From the NCBI GenBank assembly GCA_905178155.1, contig CAJINV010000004.1:3001014-3065013 (forward strand): a stretch of DNA of 64,000 nt, in the 5' to 3' direction. A model generated the notes under the pieces. It ran no database searches. It was not told where the DNA came from and worked only from the letters and a program-made list of their open reading frames with translations. Both the position numbers and the translations under genes were made by a program. Below, one piece after another: positions 1 through 12,864 of the stretch (the first letter of the stretch is position 1; every line of letters begins with the position of its first letter). Origin of the DNA: Amoebophrya sp. A120 (lineage: Eukaryota > Protista > Dinoflagellata).

Positions 1-1560
1 CCCCCCCCAGAATTGGGCGAGGGCGGTGCCCGGTTTCTCGCGCAAACTGGCACGGGGACACGAAGCAAAGCCGCGGCCAGAACCCTTTTCCGCCGCACTG
101 GCACACGGAGCAAAACCGCCCCCCCCCCCCAGAATTGGGCGGGGGCGGTGCCCGGTTTCTCGCGCAAACTGGCACGGGGACACGGAGCAAAGCCGCGGCC
201 AGAACCCTTTTCCGCCGGGCCGCACTGGCACACGGAGGGAGCAAAACCGCTCCCCCCCAGAATTGGGCGAGGGCGTTGCCCGGTTTCTCGCGCAAACTGG
301 AACGGGGACACGGAGCAAAGCCGCGGGCAGAACCAATTTCCGCCGCACTGGCACACGGAGCGAAGCCGCTCCTTTCCAGAATTGGGCGAGGGCGGTGCCC
401 GGTTTCTCGCGCAAATTGGCACGGGGACACGGAGCAAAGCCGCGGCCAGAACCCTTTTCCGCCGCACTGGCACACGGAACAAAACCGCGCCCCCCCCAGA
501 ATTGGGCGAGGGCGGTGCCCGGCCGGGTTTTTACGCAAACTTGCAAGGGGACACGGAGCAAAGCCGCGGCCAGAAACCTTTTCCGCCGCACTGGCACACG
601 GAGCAAAACCGCTCCCCCCCAGAATTGGGCGACGGCGGTGCCCGGTTTGTCGCGCAAACTGGCACGGGGACACGGAGCAAAGCCGCGGCCAGAACCGCCT
701 CCGCCGCACTGGCACACGGAGCAAAACCGCGCCCCCCCCAGAATTGGGCGAGGGCGGTGCCCGGTTTCTCGCGCAAACTGGCACGGGGACACGGGGCAAA
801 GCCGCGGCCAGAGCCCTTTCCGCCGCACTGGCACACGGACGGAGCAAAACCGCCCCCCCCCAGAATTAGGCGACGGCGGTGCCCGGTTTCTCGCGCAAAC
901 TGGCAAGGGGACACGGAGCAAAGCCGCGACCAGAACCCTCTTCCGCCGCACTGGCACACGGAGCAAAGCCGCTCCCTCCCCCCCAGAATTGGGCGAGGGC
1001 GGTGCCCGGTTTCTCCCGCAAACTGGCACGGGGACACGGAGCAAAGCCGCGGCCAGAACCGCTCCCGCCGCACTGGCACACGGAGCAAAACCGCTCCCCC
1101 CCCCCAGAATTGGGCGACCGAGGGCGCTGCCTGGTTTCTCCCGCACACTGGCATGGGGGTGCACGGCGCAAAAGTGCGGCCCGAAGCTTCGCAGAATCAG
1201 CCGGGCGAAGGCGGTGCCTGCCCGCTTTCTCGCGCAGACTGGCTCGGGGACATGGGGCAAGGCCGCGGCCTGCGCTTAGTTTCCCAGACTTGGGCGCAGG
1301 CTGTGCCCGGTTGGGTTTCTCGCGCCAACTGGCGGGGGCACACGGAGCAAAACCATGGCCAGAGGCTCCCCAGAGTATGGCGAAGGCGGTGCATGGCTTC
1401 TCGCGCGAACTGGCACGGGGACACGGACGAAAACCGTGGCCCGAAGCTTCGCAGAGAAAGAGTCGGGCGGCCGACGGCGTTGCCTGCCCGGTTTCCCGCG
1501 GAGGCTGGCAGGGGGACACGGACGAGCGGGCTGCCAACGTCTGCCGCCGGCTAGCTTCCA
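1..1560. repeat. GC-rich tandem array, ~120-128 bp unit, ~10 good copies (1-~1140) decaying to ~1560
   Basis: CCAGAATTGGGCG...ACTGGCACGGGGACACGGAGCAAAGCCGCGGCCAG...ACTGGCACACGGAGCAAAACCGC recurs near 7, 129, 257, 376, 496, 619, 738, 860, 983 and 1104. Confidence 0.95.
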
Positions 1561-2204
1561 AAAGTCCGCCAGCGCTTTCAGAAATCCGGGACCGGCCTCG
1601 CGACGTTGGTCGGCGGCTTGCGGGATTCCGGCCGGCGCAGACATCCAAAAGCGCGGCCGCATTGGCCAAAGAAAAGCCGGGCGGCGACTTCCGCAAGGCT
1701 GGGGGCCGCTTCCTTCCGCAGGTATGCCGCCGGCTTTTAGAAGTTAGGCCGCCCGCCCAGCGCTTCTCTCCTGAAGTAGGGCCGCCAGGCAGCGGCGCCC
1801 AATAGCCCGGCGCCGACTTCCAAAGAAACGCCTGCCATCAGCTTGCAGGCCGGTGCCGGAGTCCTGCAAGTGGAAGCGAACGCGCCACCCCTCGGGCGCC
1901 CATCGGGGCGCCCTATGTGGTAGCCCGCTGGGGATGGCGCGGCACTGGCCATTCCTCTACTTCGCGACGCGCGTCCCCGTTGCGGTTGCGTTCGAATGTC
2001 GCGAGGAGCAAGCCCGCCCGGCCTCGGAAACTGCTCCGACGGACCGCCCAATGCCCTCCAAAGATGCAAGGTCTCTGCACGGGGGCCCCAGCCCCCGTGC
2101 TCGGACCTTGTTTGTGATGCTGAATTCACTTGGGGGACATAGATCTGTCATGCATGACTGCGATTTTAATAGTACTGCGAGTACGATCCTTTTTCCATTC
2201 GATA
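1..2204. mobile_element. Right part of a large satellite-carrying intronic TIR element (family B); left end is outside the window
   Basis: Ends GAGTACGATCCTTTTTCCATTCGATA at 2204 (family-B-like terminus). 2093-2120 is the reverse complement (1 mismatch) of 18032-18059 in element 17990-20881. Confidence 0.7.
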
Positions 2205-2919
2205 CCTGTTCGTTCTTCACAATGGCTGCGTTTTGTTCCTCGATGGTCGCCGACGGGGGCGCGGGGGTGAGCGCCGCATCGAAATCCTTGTGGCCGGGGA
2301 GGTGAAAGGCCGAGCCGGAAAAAACGATGTTTACGGCGTCCTTCGGATCGGTCTCGACGTGTAGCGGTCGGCAGTGCGCGGACGCAACGACAGTGCTACT
2401 GGACGAGGGCCCGTCGGCTGGAAACAAGTCGGGCGACATGTAGAAGGTGTCACTAGTATCGGTCGTGGAGGGCGCATCCGCGTCCCCGGCGAGGGCTTCG
2501 TACCCGTTGTCACAACACTCGAAAGAGGAATTCTCAATTTTCGCGTTCAGGTCATACAGGGCCTGCATATTCTCTGAGACGGTTGTGGTAACGGTCTCGG
2601 ACGACGTTTCGTCGGATTTTTTTATTTTCCTGCGAAGTTGCAACAGTGTGGACTTTTGCTTTTCAGAGGCATGATTCTGCTTCAACATGTTGGCCTCGAC
2701 GTTCTTCGGCATGGCGACAGCCTTGTTATCCTCGGAGGTCCCCGCTCTTGATGCCGTTTTTCGTTTCTCATGCTGCAAAGCAGGTCCCACACTGAACGCG
2801 GCCGCGAACAAAGAAGATGCTGTTCTCCCTACCCCTGTCTCCTCGAGGGCGGCCGCAAACAACAGCGCTGCGGCTGACGCTTTTGGTACGGTAGAGCTTT
2901 TGCTTTTGGTTCTCATCAT
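2205..2919 (-). CDS. 5' exon of a hypothetical protein; continues beyond the left edge after the large element
   Basis: ORF 1957..2934; plausible protein runs to ...KNEQ, then AG|GTAT at the element boundary. Confidence 0.55.
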
Positions 2920-4049
2920 GAAAGATTCAATCAAATAAATGTCAGCGGCGCAGCGAAGTGAAGACTCAAAAATCTGCGTTGGCTCAAATAATGCTACAGG
3001 TGTTGTAGCAGGAAGGACTGCAACTCAAGTGCACGCGTACGCGTAGTATGATCAACAAAAAGTAGAATACGGGTGGTCCTTGGGGTTTGCACTGATGATG
3101 GTTACAGACATGTCCGGACTTACTATAGTTTGGTCTTGAAGATGCGCACAGCGACGACGTGGATTCCTTTTGTTTGGTTGTGAAGACAGAGTGTGTGACT
3201 TCTACTAGTGGGACGACATCGTGTACGACGGGTACGACAGACGGACGAGAACGATTGACTCATACCAAGAAACTGAAGAACGAACAGATGCAAAAGACCG
3301 AAGCTAACGTCGAAGCATTTGTATATGGAGTTTTTCCTTCAGCGTGACGAGCAATGTTGAGACGAGGTGAACAACCGTAATACCTGGCCCTCTCCTTATG
3401 TTGACGCAGGCGAAGGAAGGAACAGGAAGCGGCGACCGAGAAGTTGTTGTCTTAGTCCTCAAGCTCAAGTACTACTTGGTTGTCATACTCTACAAACAAA
3501 CCAGCAAAATCGGTCTCGGGACAAGATCAAAAGAAAGCTCGGAAACTGGTGGATTGTGATTTCGTGTCGGAGTGAAAGTGGCAGTGGTACAGCAAAGAAA
3601 TTATTTGGAAGTGGTGCTGGCGCTAAGTACTTGATCGCGCTGGGCCATCGAGCCTTCACCATGTTGACCACGCTTATCTCGTCCACCTCTAGCCACGTCG
3701 ATTTATCTCTTCAAGACGCGTGATCCGACAACAGAAAGAACCGACCAAAAGGTTTGAGTATTTGTATTGACTGTTACTAGCCTCACGACTCTATATCAAC
3801 TTTTAATAGATACAGCTAGTACTGCTCGAGTGTCATTCATTGTTTTGATTTTTTCTTGGAAACTAGAGAGATGCATGGAAGTAGTGTATCAAAGCACTCA
3901 ATCGGCTAGCGAGTGCCTTCACGACGTTCGGAAGGAGTACTTCTAGGGCCTCCCTCCTGCTGGCTGCTGCTGTCCTGTATTGTTCCTGCGGAGGTCTTGT
4001 TGATGACGCCAGATTAAAGTTTTTCGTTACTTACTCAAAGTTCCGCTTC

Positions 4050-7000
4050 TCATTTTCCCTTTCTAGCAGGTTCTGGATTCTCACTTACAAGCTCGGATTG
4101 TGCAGCTGCAATAGACTCCCTACTGGTCGTCCTACTGCTGACCGGAATCTTCCCAGCAAGATCGTTCTCGTTGCCGCTGTATTTGTTCCTCCCTGCCGCC
4201 GTGGTGATATTTGGGTTCTTACCAGGGAAGTCTTTCGTGGAAGTTGAACCGCGACTCGGAGCCGGGCTCAGGATTGCAGAGGCTTGATGATCTTCATCTG
4301 TTCCAGCAGTTGCACCAGGTCCTGCTCCCAGTGGCAGACGTTGAACAACTTGGACTTGGTCTATTTCTGAGGTAGAACTCGGAGAAAGGGACCGCGCAAT
4401 TCTCGCGGGCGTTGCGATGCTGAACTCCTCCCGCGGCGGACCGCCGTCGTGCTGCGACGTAGACCGGGGTGTCGGAGAGGTGAATTGGTGCGTCGAAAAG
4501 TGGTTCGAGGACGATGTATGTCCCAAATTCAGCCGGGGGAGTTGTAGGTGATTTAATTTACCTGACGTTGTCGTTGTTGAACTGCTTGTCGCCGCATGAT
4601 TTTGATCTGTGGACGTCGAGTTGCAGCTTCTGGCTGCAGCACCTGGAGTACCAGCAATCGACCTCCTGACAGGAACAACGACATTTGGATTTGCACCACC
4701 ACTGCTCCCGACCAGGAGATCTTTTGCGACTGAATCAGCAGTATCACATGCAAATATATCTGGGTCTGGAAGACTGGAAGCGGAAGGTTTGTCATTGTCA
4801 TGCTGGGCCAGCATGACTCTCATTTCTGTCATGCACGTTACCCCAAAGTAGCAAACGCTACTTTTTCAGAAGAAGAAACGCAATTTGCCGTGCAGAAGAA
4901 GCAACACGTAGAAGCAGCTCAAAAAGTTGTCATGCTTGGCCGTCAATCGAGATGTCCGCATGATTGTCCACCCTGCATCACAAGTTTCCAGACGAGACCC
5001 AGACATCTTCGCAATGCATAAGCAGCAGCACGATGGTCCGCAGCGTGGTCCATGTCCAGTCCGTAAAATACGTCGAGTGCGTCAAAACGCGAATTGTTAA
5101 TACCGTCAGCATGGAGTACACCACTGTTGATGTTGTCATGATCGTGGTTCGCATGATCAATGTTCTTGTCGAGAGTAACTGCATGATCCTCTTGCTCACT
5201 GTTGTAATTATACTGCAAAATAGCCGGGGAATCGTAGATTTCGACGTCGGATGCATCCCACGGGGCCGGGGCGGGGGCGGGCTGGTGCTGGTTATGACCG
5301 AATTCACCGACAACATGATCGCCATGTTGATGTACGCGACCTTCATGCTGGTGCATCTTGCCGGTACTCCTACTCGACGAGGGTGGGAAGTAGAAGACCC
5401 CTGCGCGGACGGGGTCGTGCGTCCTCGGAGTGGTCATGAAGTTCCGGTCCTCGCGGGACGTGGTTGTAGCTCCTCCGAATCGCGATGAATAATAGCCGTC
5501 ATGCTGCTCCTCATACGGATGCGGGTCTCTCATCGGGTGAACCAGGTTACTGCGCAATAAATGCTCTCCATCTCGTCCATCTCGTGGCGTCGGCCCAGCA
5601 GAAGACAGGATTGCTCCACGACGAGCGGATCGAACCCCGCGGGCACTCGGCGCTGCAAAGCGGAACGCAGCGGCATCAACAGGATTCTGGTGGTTTTTAG
5701 AATCGACATTCCCATTTTCATCGCGTTGCGCTCGTCGCTCTGCTTCTCTTAGCGCTAAATCATGTTGATGTTGTTCCTGTTCTTGATATGCTGGTCGTGA
5801 GTGTGCAGAAATTTGCGGTGCATCTGCACCATCTTGTTCTTCCCCGCAACATTCCAGATCCACCAGCCGTAACGACAATTCCCGCAAACGCGCCACTTCC
5901 TGCTCCTTTTCCGAAGACAGCCGCTCGAGGTTTTTCCTCACTACCTCCCGCTCCAATGCCAAAACCGTCCGACACTGCTGCTTGGAGCGCTGCAACTGTC
6001 CGGTTTCCCGGGCAAGGATGGACAAGAGTCGGCGGCCGACACTTCGTAGCGAAGGTGCTGCGGAGGTCGGGGAGGTCGTGGTGGTAGAGGCAGCATGACG
6101 ATCATCTACTGCACCTCCAGTAGTACAACCATCAACCGGCCGGACGAAATCGGCGAAAGAAGATGATGAATCGTAGAACATCATAGCTCGTCCTGGCGGA
6201 GGTGACCTAGGATTGTCATTGTGAATGTGATTCAGATTCTGCTGGTGCTGTTGGTCTCCTTCAGGAGCTTGCTGTCGTATCGTGTTGCTGGCTTGATGAT
6301 GAGCTGGTGCTGGTGCACCACTCGGAGTGACACTTTCAAATTCCTTTTGCTCACCTTCTCCGTAGCTGCTGTCCTCCTGAAACAGCAGGTCGTAAAGTTG
6401 CAGCCACAGTTTTCCGTCCGCAGCCCGGCCCGCGTGGTACATCCAAGTGAGGGCGAAAACAATCGCCCGCGCTTGCAAGTTCCACGTCAGAAACGAAGTA
6501 GACCCGGCAAGGCCTGCTGCTGCACCGTGCTGCAAGGCTAGGTCGGTGACAGAAGAAGAGCCACCAAATCCACCCCCGAGGAAGAAGGGGAAGAAAGCGG
6601 AGAGTAAGAAACCCTTCCCCGCAATCGCCACGCCGAGGCACTCGTGCAGGAACGCAGCCTTTTCTACCGTGCGAAGAATATTGTAGGCGGACGTGGAGAG
6701 GAAGGCGTCCAAACGGAACAATTGCGCAAGGAGAATGGCTTCGTGTTGCGGATCCTGTTTTTCAACATGATCTCCGTCACGACGTCCGAATGCAGCAAAT
6801 CGTTGCGTCAACTTTTCTTGCTCTTCGTTGCTTTGCAGCAAGCGGAGACACCGTGTCCGGAGAAAGATCTTGTAGCTGGCGAGTAGACAATCCGACGCGC
6901 TCCAGAGAGACACGAACCACGGGTCTCCAGCACCAGTGCTGCCCCCTGTCGCCGAGCTGAGAACGACATTGGCGCCGAAGCTGAAGAACGTGCCGAGTCC

Positions 7001-8263
7001 GCAAGACAGGTCGCGGTACAGATCCATCTTCGTGAAAAACTGGAGTTGGCGCATCTGCAACGGTGCCAACATCGCGGCGGCAAGCACGTCGTCTTTCTGT
7101 TCAAGGATTGCGTCACCGAATTGAGATTTTTGGGTTTGTGTGGCCGCCGGATGATGTCGCTCTATAACTTTTGTGCCTTTTCTTCCTCTATTTACGTTCT
7201 TCCCTCTACTAGAGCGGCCCCCGGTCAAGCCCGCGGAAGGTGCTGCACCCCCTCCGCCAGCGAGATAGGTCAGCAGCTGACTTAGGTACTGAGAGGAGGC
7301 GGGACTTGACGTCGCTGAGTCATCAACACCTCCTGCGACAGTTGTAGGCCTTGTCCTTGATGATCTTGTTCCGGCATCAAGCATTTCTTGCATTGCGTCT
7401 TCTTCATCTGCAGCAGGAGCTTGGGTCCTGCTCAGGGTCTTGCCTTGTTTCTTGCCCGTCGTGCCAGCGGTCGCGAAGCCTTGTAGTTGTCCAGCATCTG
7501 CACCATCTCCATTAGGAAAACCATCATCGCCCTCTTCCAAATCGGAAACGCCTCCAGTTCCACTGAGCAGGTCCACTCCCCCTGCAGATCCATGTAGTTT
7601 GCCTGTGCCTGTAGCCTGGTTTGTTTGATGTGTTTCATCTTCTGCGCCGTGTGACCCATTCGTCTCGCGGCCTTGTTGACGCCGTTGTACCACAGATGGT
7701 AAGAAGAACTCGAAGCCGGTCACCTGCAGCGCCGCACTGGTAGCCAAGCCCCCGATCAGGCCAGAAATGGCGGCGGCACCGACCGTCCAATCACCTCCAG
7801 TGGCTGTCGTTGCAGCTTTGGTGCTCCTCGTTGGTAGTGCAGCAGAAGGGTCGTCGTGTGCTCCTTCTTCGACAGGAGTATGATTTGTGATGGTGTTAGT
7901 CGTCGTAGGAGATGTTGGTGTTGCGCTTGCGCCGGCTACAGTGTTCTTGCCACTAGAAGTACCGACGTCCCCCGTGTTCTTTTCGTCCCCCAGGAAGGAT
8001 GCGACGTGTCGAGTTTGCTCTCTACAATGTCCCCGCGGAACTGTGAAAGTAATATCAGCAACGTCTCCCGTTCCGGCCGACACTAGTCCTCCGCCTCGCA
8101 GAGGACCTATTTGTCTCGAATGAAGTTCAGAACTTGTTTTCCAAGAATCGAATGGCTGTCGTGAGCTACAACCTGCGGAGGCGCCTCCATTACAACTGTT
8201 GAAGAAGGAAATTCCCTGCTGGCAGAAATGTGCAGCGGTCGGAGCTGCGCCGGCGTGTGGCAT
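4050..8263 (-). CDS. Large hypothetical protein with hydrophobic central segments and a coiled coil; one TIR intron
   Basis: ORFs 4943..8314 and 4050..4832 fuse in frame (RAAA|DSVAK) when 4742-5020 plus one DR is removed. Confidence 0.75.
4742..5020. mobile_element. Intronic TIR element, family A
   Basis: TATCACATGCAAATATATCTGGGTCTGGAA...CCAGACATCTTCGCAATGCATA; DR AGCAG. Confidence 0.9.
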
Positions 8264-9023
8264 GACTTCGAAGGAAAACGAGGCACACGAAGTCAATCTG
8301 ATGTAATTACACAATTGTTAGTCCTCGTTACTAGTTTAATACTGTGTAGGCACAGAAGATGATTGCACTAGAATCACAATCAAGAAAGACAAAGAATAAC
8401 ATAAGAACAACTACAAACACGACGAGAGGGCGAGCACGGGGCGAAAGATCTCTCGCGCTCGAAGAAGTATTGACGAAATCTTGATGTTGATGTTCACTCT
8501 AGCACAAGCTGAGCCTACAAGGACAAAGACAGAGGCTTTACTTCACTGCTCTCACGAGAACAAGATCTCTCGTCAAGAGCCACGGTCTCTTGTACAGTAG
8601 CTGACTGGCTCTCGTTTGGGTTATTTGCCTCGTCTGGGTGTTCGTTGGTGACCGACGTATTCACTCAAATGTTTTTGTTCGCCTTGAAGACTTAGTAGTT
8701 CGCGCTGTGAAGAAGTTGCGATTTTTCCCTGCTCTAGGCACCATGCTCTTGGTCCCGTAGAGCAGGTGAGAAGTTTGGTTTGATTAATGTACGAGCGTGC
8801 GTGTTTCATGATCATGTGAAGATGATCACTGATTTTATCAAGAGAGCTGAGGTCGTTGATGATGATGTCGCTTGTTTTACTACAGCCACAGTTCTTGCTG
8901 CGTGCGGGTCGTTTAGTGGTAAATAGTGCTGGCCCGGCGGCGCGAAGGCGAAACCAGCACAGCAGAATGGATGCCAAGAAGAAGCACAGCCAGAGCCACA
9001 GACCACAAGGGAAATAAAAAGCA

Positions 9024-11560
9024 CTATCTCTCCCCCATCTTCCGCATTTCCTTGAGCTTTTCGTCGCGCATGCGTTGTTGGTCCTGCTGTTGCTTTTCGA
9101 ACAGTTCCCGCCTCTCCCGCACCTTGGGGTCCACCCACGCCGAGGTCCAATCTGTCGTGTCCGCTTCCTTGAGGGACTTGTGCTTGACCTGCCCCTTGAA
9201 CCCGAAATTCCCGCGCCGGACCTGCATGGATGCTGGCAGGAGTTGCTTGTCGAACTTCTCGGAGTCCAAGGCCTGGTTGACGTCTCTGCGGTAGAGCATC
9301 TCCGACCCGTCCTATGACAGCGCACAACTCCCCCTCCCCCTCATTTGTATGGCATGGCCGGCAATACAAGCATCAGCGAGAAGTTCAACTTTGCATGACA
9401 AATTTACACTAGAGCGTATGGCTATTTGGGCTACCAGAACTTGTCATGCAAGCAGTGCTATCATCATCATGTAGTGGACACCCGCACCCAGCGCCACAGG
9501 TCAAGGATCCCCTCCCCGGGGGGTGGGCGAGGAAGCACTTTCGGCGACCTCATCGTACAAAAGTACGAAGCGGAAAAACTTCCCCAAGCCCATTTTTCAA
9601 AAATTTGCAGTGCTAAGAGGCACAGTCTGGATTTGGGGTTTTGCATGACAAATGAGGGGGAGGGGGGGTTGGGCACTCTCATACGTCCATCTTCTTGTCC
9701 ATAAAGTACCCGCCCTGATGGTGGTACTTCTGCATGAACCCGAACTGCGATTTTTCCGCCTTGCTGGCCATCAGCGGGTTCTCCTTGTCCATGCGCTCGT
9801 CGTCCTCCTGGCGCTCCAGGTCCGTCATCTGCCTTCGCTTTTCCAACCTTTCGAACTCCTCGATCCGCTGCGTGCGCAGCTTCTGCAAAGACAGAACGCG
9901 CTCCAACTCCCGAATCTTCCAGAGTTCCATGGACTCCGCGGTTTCATCCTCGTCCGAATCTAAGCTGTATTCACTCTCTATCACAGCAAAAAGTGTTAAC
10001 GCTAACGGAATTTGCGATGCAGCAATGCATCACAAAACATGCCAAAATTTGTATATGCATAGCATGCATATTGCACGACATTTGTGATGCATAACTGCAA
10101 TCGTCAACGTTAACACTTTTTCTTGTGATACTCTCGCTGTGGATCACCCTGTCCTCGTTGATCGCATCGATGTCCTCCTGGGCGACGCGCTCCGCCACCA
10201 TGCGCTTCGCGTCCTCCTTCTTCTGCTTCTTCAGGATCCGGTTCTCCTGCTCGAGCATCTGCTCCTCGGCCACTTTCGCGGCCTTCTCCCGCTCGGTCGC
10301 GCGCATACCTGGTTAGGGTGGATAGACTTGCTTATACTAAGTTCGTTCTACAAGAAAACAAAAGTTGCACGAGATGATACGTACGTAGCAGGACTGCTAC
10401 ATCAACCCAGGTGCGTTGTAGCTGTTGTAGCTGGTGCACTTACAGGAAGTAAGGACTACAAATAAAATCATTCGCATTATGTACCTTTTGGCACGAAGAC
10501 CGGCTTCGCCAGTTTGGCCCCGGGGCCGTCACTGTCACTTGAGGAACTTGTGTCACTATCGCTGTCGTCGAGCACTTTGGAAACCGCCGCCCCGCCGACC
10601 GGCTCAAGTTGCAAGAGCCCAGCACCTGTTGATGTACCGCCAATTCCACCGACTTTGCTGCTGCTCCGGCTTTCCTTCTCCTTTTCTCTGTCCTCCTTTT
10701 CCCTCTCCACCAGCTCTGCCTGTTTTCGGGCGCGCTCCAACGCGATGCGGCGTTTCTGCGCAGCGTCCTCGGCGACTTCGGAGTCCTCGGAATCCGACGC
10801 GGAGTCGTCGTCATCGTCGTCAACATCTCCCCGGCCAGGCCGTGGGAGAAGCGGCTGGGCGAGCGGCGGCTGGTCGGGCCTGAAGAGCGTTTCTCTATTT
10901 TTCAGAAGCTTTTTTCAGAAAAAGTAAGCGGTCGAACTCGAAGCGGAATTGTTCTTCTGCAACATTCATATGCAAGTGGTCACGAAGAGATAATTGAGAG
11001 GGAAAGTTGCACTTTTTCAGCAACACAAAATTCGTTGCATCACGGCCTTCTTGTTGAACAAAATCAGTATACCGGTCCGCTTCGTCCCCCGTTCCACCTC
11101 CGTCGTCGGAGTCGTCGTCCAATTCCACTGCGGCCTGCAGCTTTTGCCTCTTTGCTATTCGGTCGTGCACGGTTTCGTTGATCGTCCGACTCGCCACTTC
11201 TGTCACCCTTGTCTGCGCCACCCCCCCGTAGACCTTCTGTCGCGCGTGCGCGGGGGGCTTCGACGGTGCGGAAGTAGACGATCCATGGTGTCGCTCCGCG
11301 CGCAAGTGGTCCGCGGCCGCCCGGAGCCCGCGGGACTGCTGCTGGGCTTGGAGCAAGGCGTTTTGCCTTTTTATCCGCTCCTCCTGCTCCTGCTGCCGCT
11401 CCTGCTCCTCTAGCTCCTTTTTCAAAAACGCTGGCTCCGCCCCGGCGCGGTGGCGAAAGGTTCTGTTTTGCTGCTTCTCGCGGTTCTTGGGCACAAACTG
11501 GGCCGTGGCCGGGTTCTCGCCCTTGTACAGGATGGAGTGCTGATACTCGAAGGAAGCCAT
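9024..11560 (-). CDS. MFAP1: MFAP1 / Spp381-like spliceosomal B-complex protein; GT-AG introns 10309-10484 and 10895-11072 plus two TIR introns
   Basis: ELWKIRELER, FMQKYHHQGGYF, LLPASMQVRRGNFGFKGQVKHKSLKEADTTDWTSAW match the MFAP1 C-terminal domain. Confidence 0.9.
9313..9683. mobile_element. Intronic TIR element, family E, with a nested insertion
   Basis: TATGACAGCGCACAACTCCCCCTCCCCCTCATTTGT...ACAAATGAGGGGGAGGGGGGGTTGGGCACTCTCATA; DR CGTCC. Confidence 0.92.
9461..9606 (-). mobile_element. Short non-LTR retroposon-like insert with an (ATG)n tail
   Basis: 9-bp TSD GCAGTGCTA at 9452-9460 and 9607-9615; (CAT)n at the left end; first ~100 bp shared with 15900-16003; empty site seen in the family-E copy near 62875. 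Confidence 0.8.
9979..10130. mobile_element. Intronic TIR element, family F
   Basis: TATCACAGCAAAAAGTGTTAACG...CGTTAACACTTTTTCTTGTGATA; DR CTCTC. Confidence 0.92.
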
Positions 11561-12864
11561 CTTTTTTTTCTAGCTCAGGGCTTTATTAGCAAAATGTGCA
11601 AAATAATGGCACAATCCAACTGCAGCGAGATGACACGGCAGCACTGCATCAAGTTGGGGTCGTCGCGTACTATGGAATTATTAGGAGCGAGCCTGTACCT
11701 GCTACGCACTAAAAGTAAAGCCACAACTTCTACCTTTATTCATCCATCACCTCCATCATCATGTTCAATCTCGTTTCTAATGTCATCTAGATGCTAGAAG
11801 GATATATGAAAACAAGCGTAAAATAGATAGCCCTGACGGAGGAACAGCCGTTTTTCTGTTCGTGGTGAAACTAAATGGCTAAGTACCTCCTTGCGATAAA
11901 AACGAACTTCAAATATTTCAATGGGGTCCTGCGCATTTTGAGGTTGCCGACGAAAACGAATCCACATCGATCAACGTGCTTTGCGGTAGTCTCAAAAAAA
12001 TTTGGCTATCGCCCCATTCATATTTGTAAAGGAAGTCTCCTGGCGTTATTTCCACTTATTTGCGATGAAATCCTTGATCCAGCAGGTGTTGCGGATCATA
12101 GTTCATTCTGGACAATCAAGCGGCTCGAAAGTCGAATTTCGATCGCCTCGCCAACGAATTACACCAATGTTGACAAAGTACTACTACTAGCACCAAGCAA
12201 CCTTGATGGTGCCAGAAGGAAATTGATATTTGTGATCATCCTCGACGAATGCAAGACGCTCGTCGATTCTGGATCTTTGTCGGGAGGACTCGGAACGAGC
12301 ATCGTCGACATATCGTTTCGACGGTGCCCTTGAACAATATGTGGATCTTCTCGATCACGACTGGAAAGCAGCTCCACAACGCCACTTACGTGTGAGTGCG
12401 GGCGTTGAACTCGAAGTTGTATTTGTCAATATTCATCCATCACGTCTTGCAAAAGTTGCAAAAAAGTTACGAGCAGTTGCTGCGTTAGGCAAAAAGCGTC
12501 CAAGAACCAAAGGCGCGACATCAAACGCGGGTCATCATTTTGTTTTACTCATAATCAATCCTCGTGCAGCTTGGGGAGCCGGAGCGCAACCAAATTTGAA
12601 GAATTATTATGAGTATACATACAAAATGAAAACGTCCAAGGAGTATAGTAAACTGCATTGCCTATACTTCATCTCCCAACACGCGGGTGGTAGAAAAAAA
12701 AGCTCGGCACAGGTACACATGACGCGGCGACAGGCGTGATTTTTGAATCATGACGATCTTCGTTATGTGTCGTGGTAGCCTTCGTCGAGAAGTGGTGGAA
12801 ATTGTTGACAGCAGCCCCTATTTCTGAACCCGGTGCTGAAGGTGGATGAAGAAGGATGTGGAGG

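Noticed and set aside
13-1805. Long overlapping ORFs (513, 417, 308 aa)
   Set aside because: All frames are open because the GC-rich tandem array lacks stops; translations only mirror the repeat.
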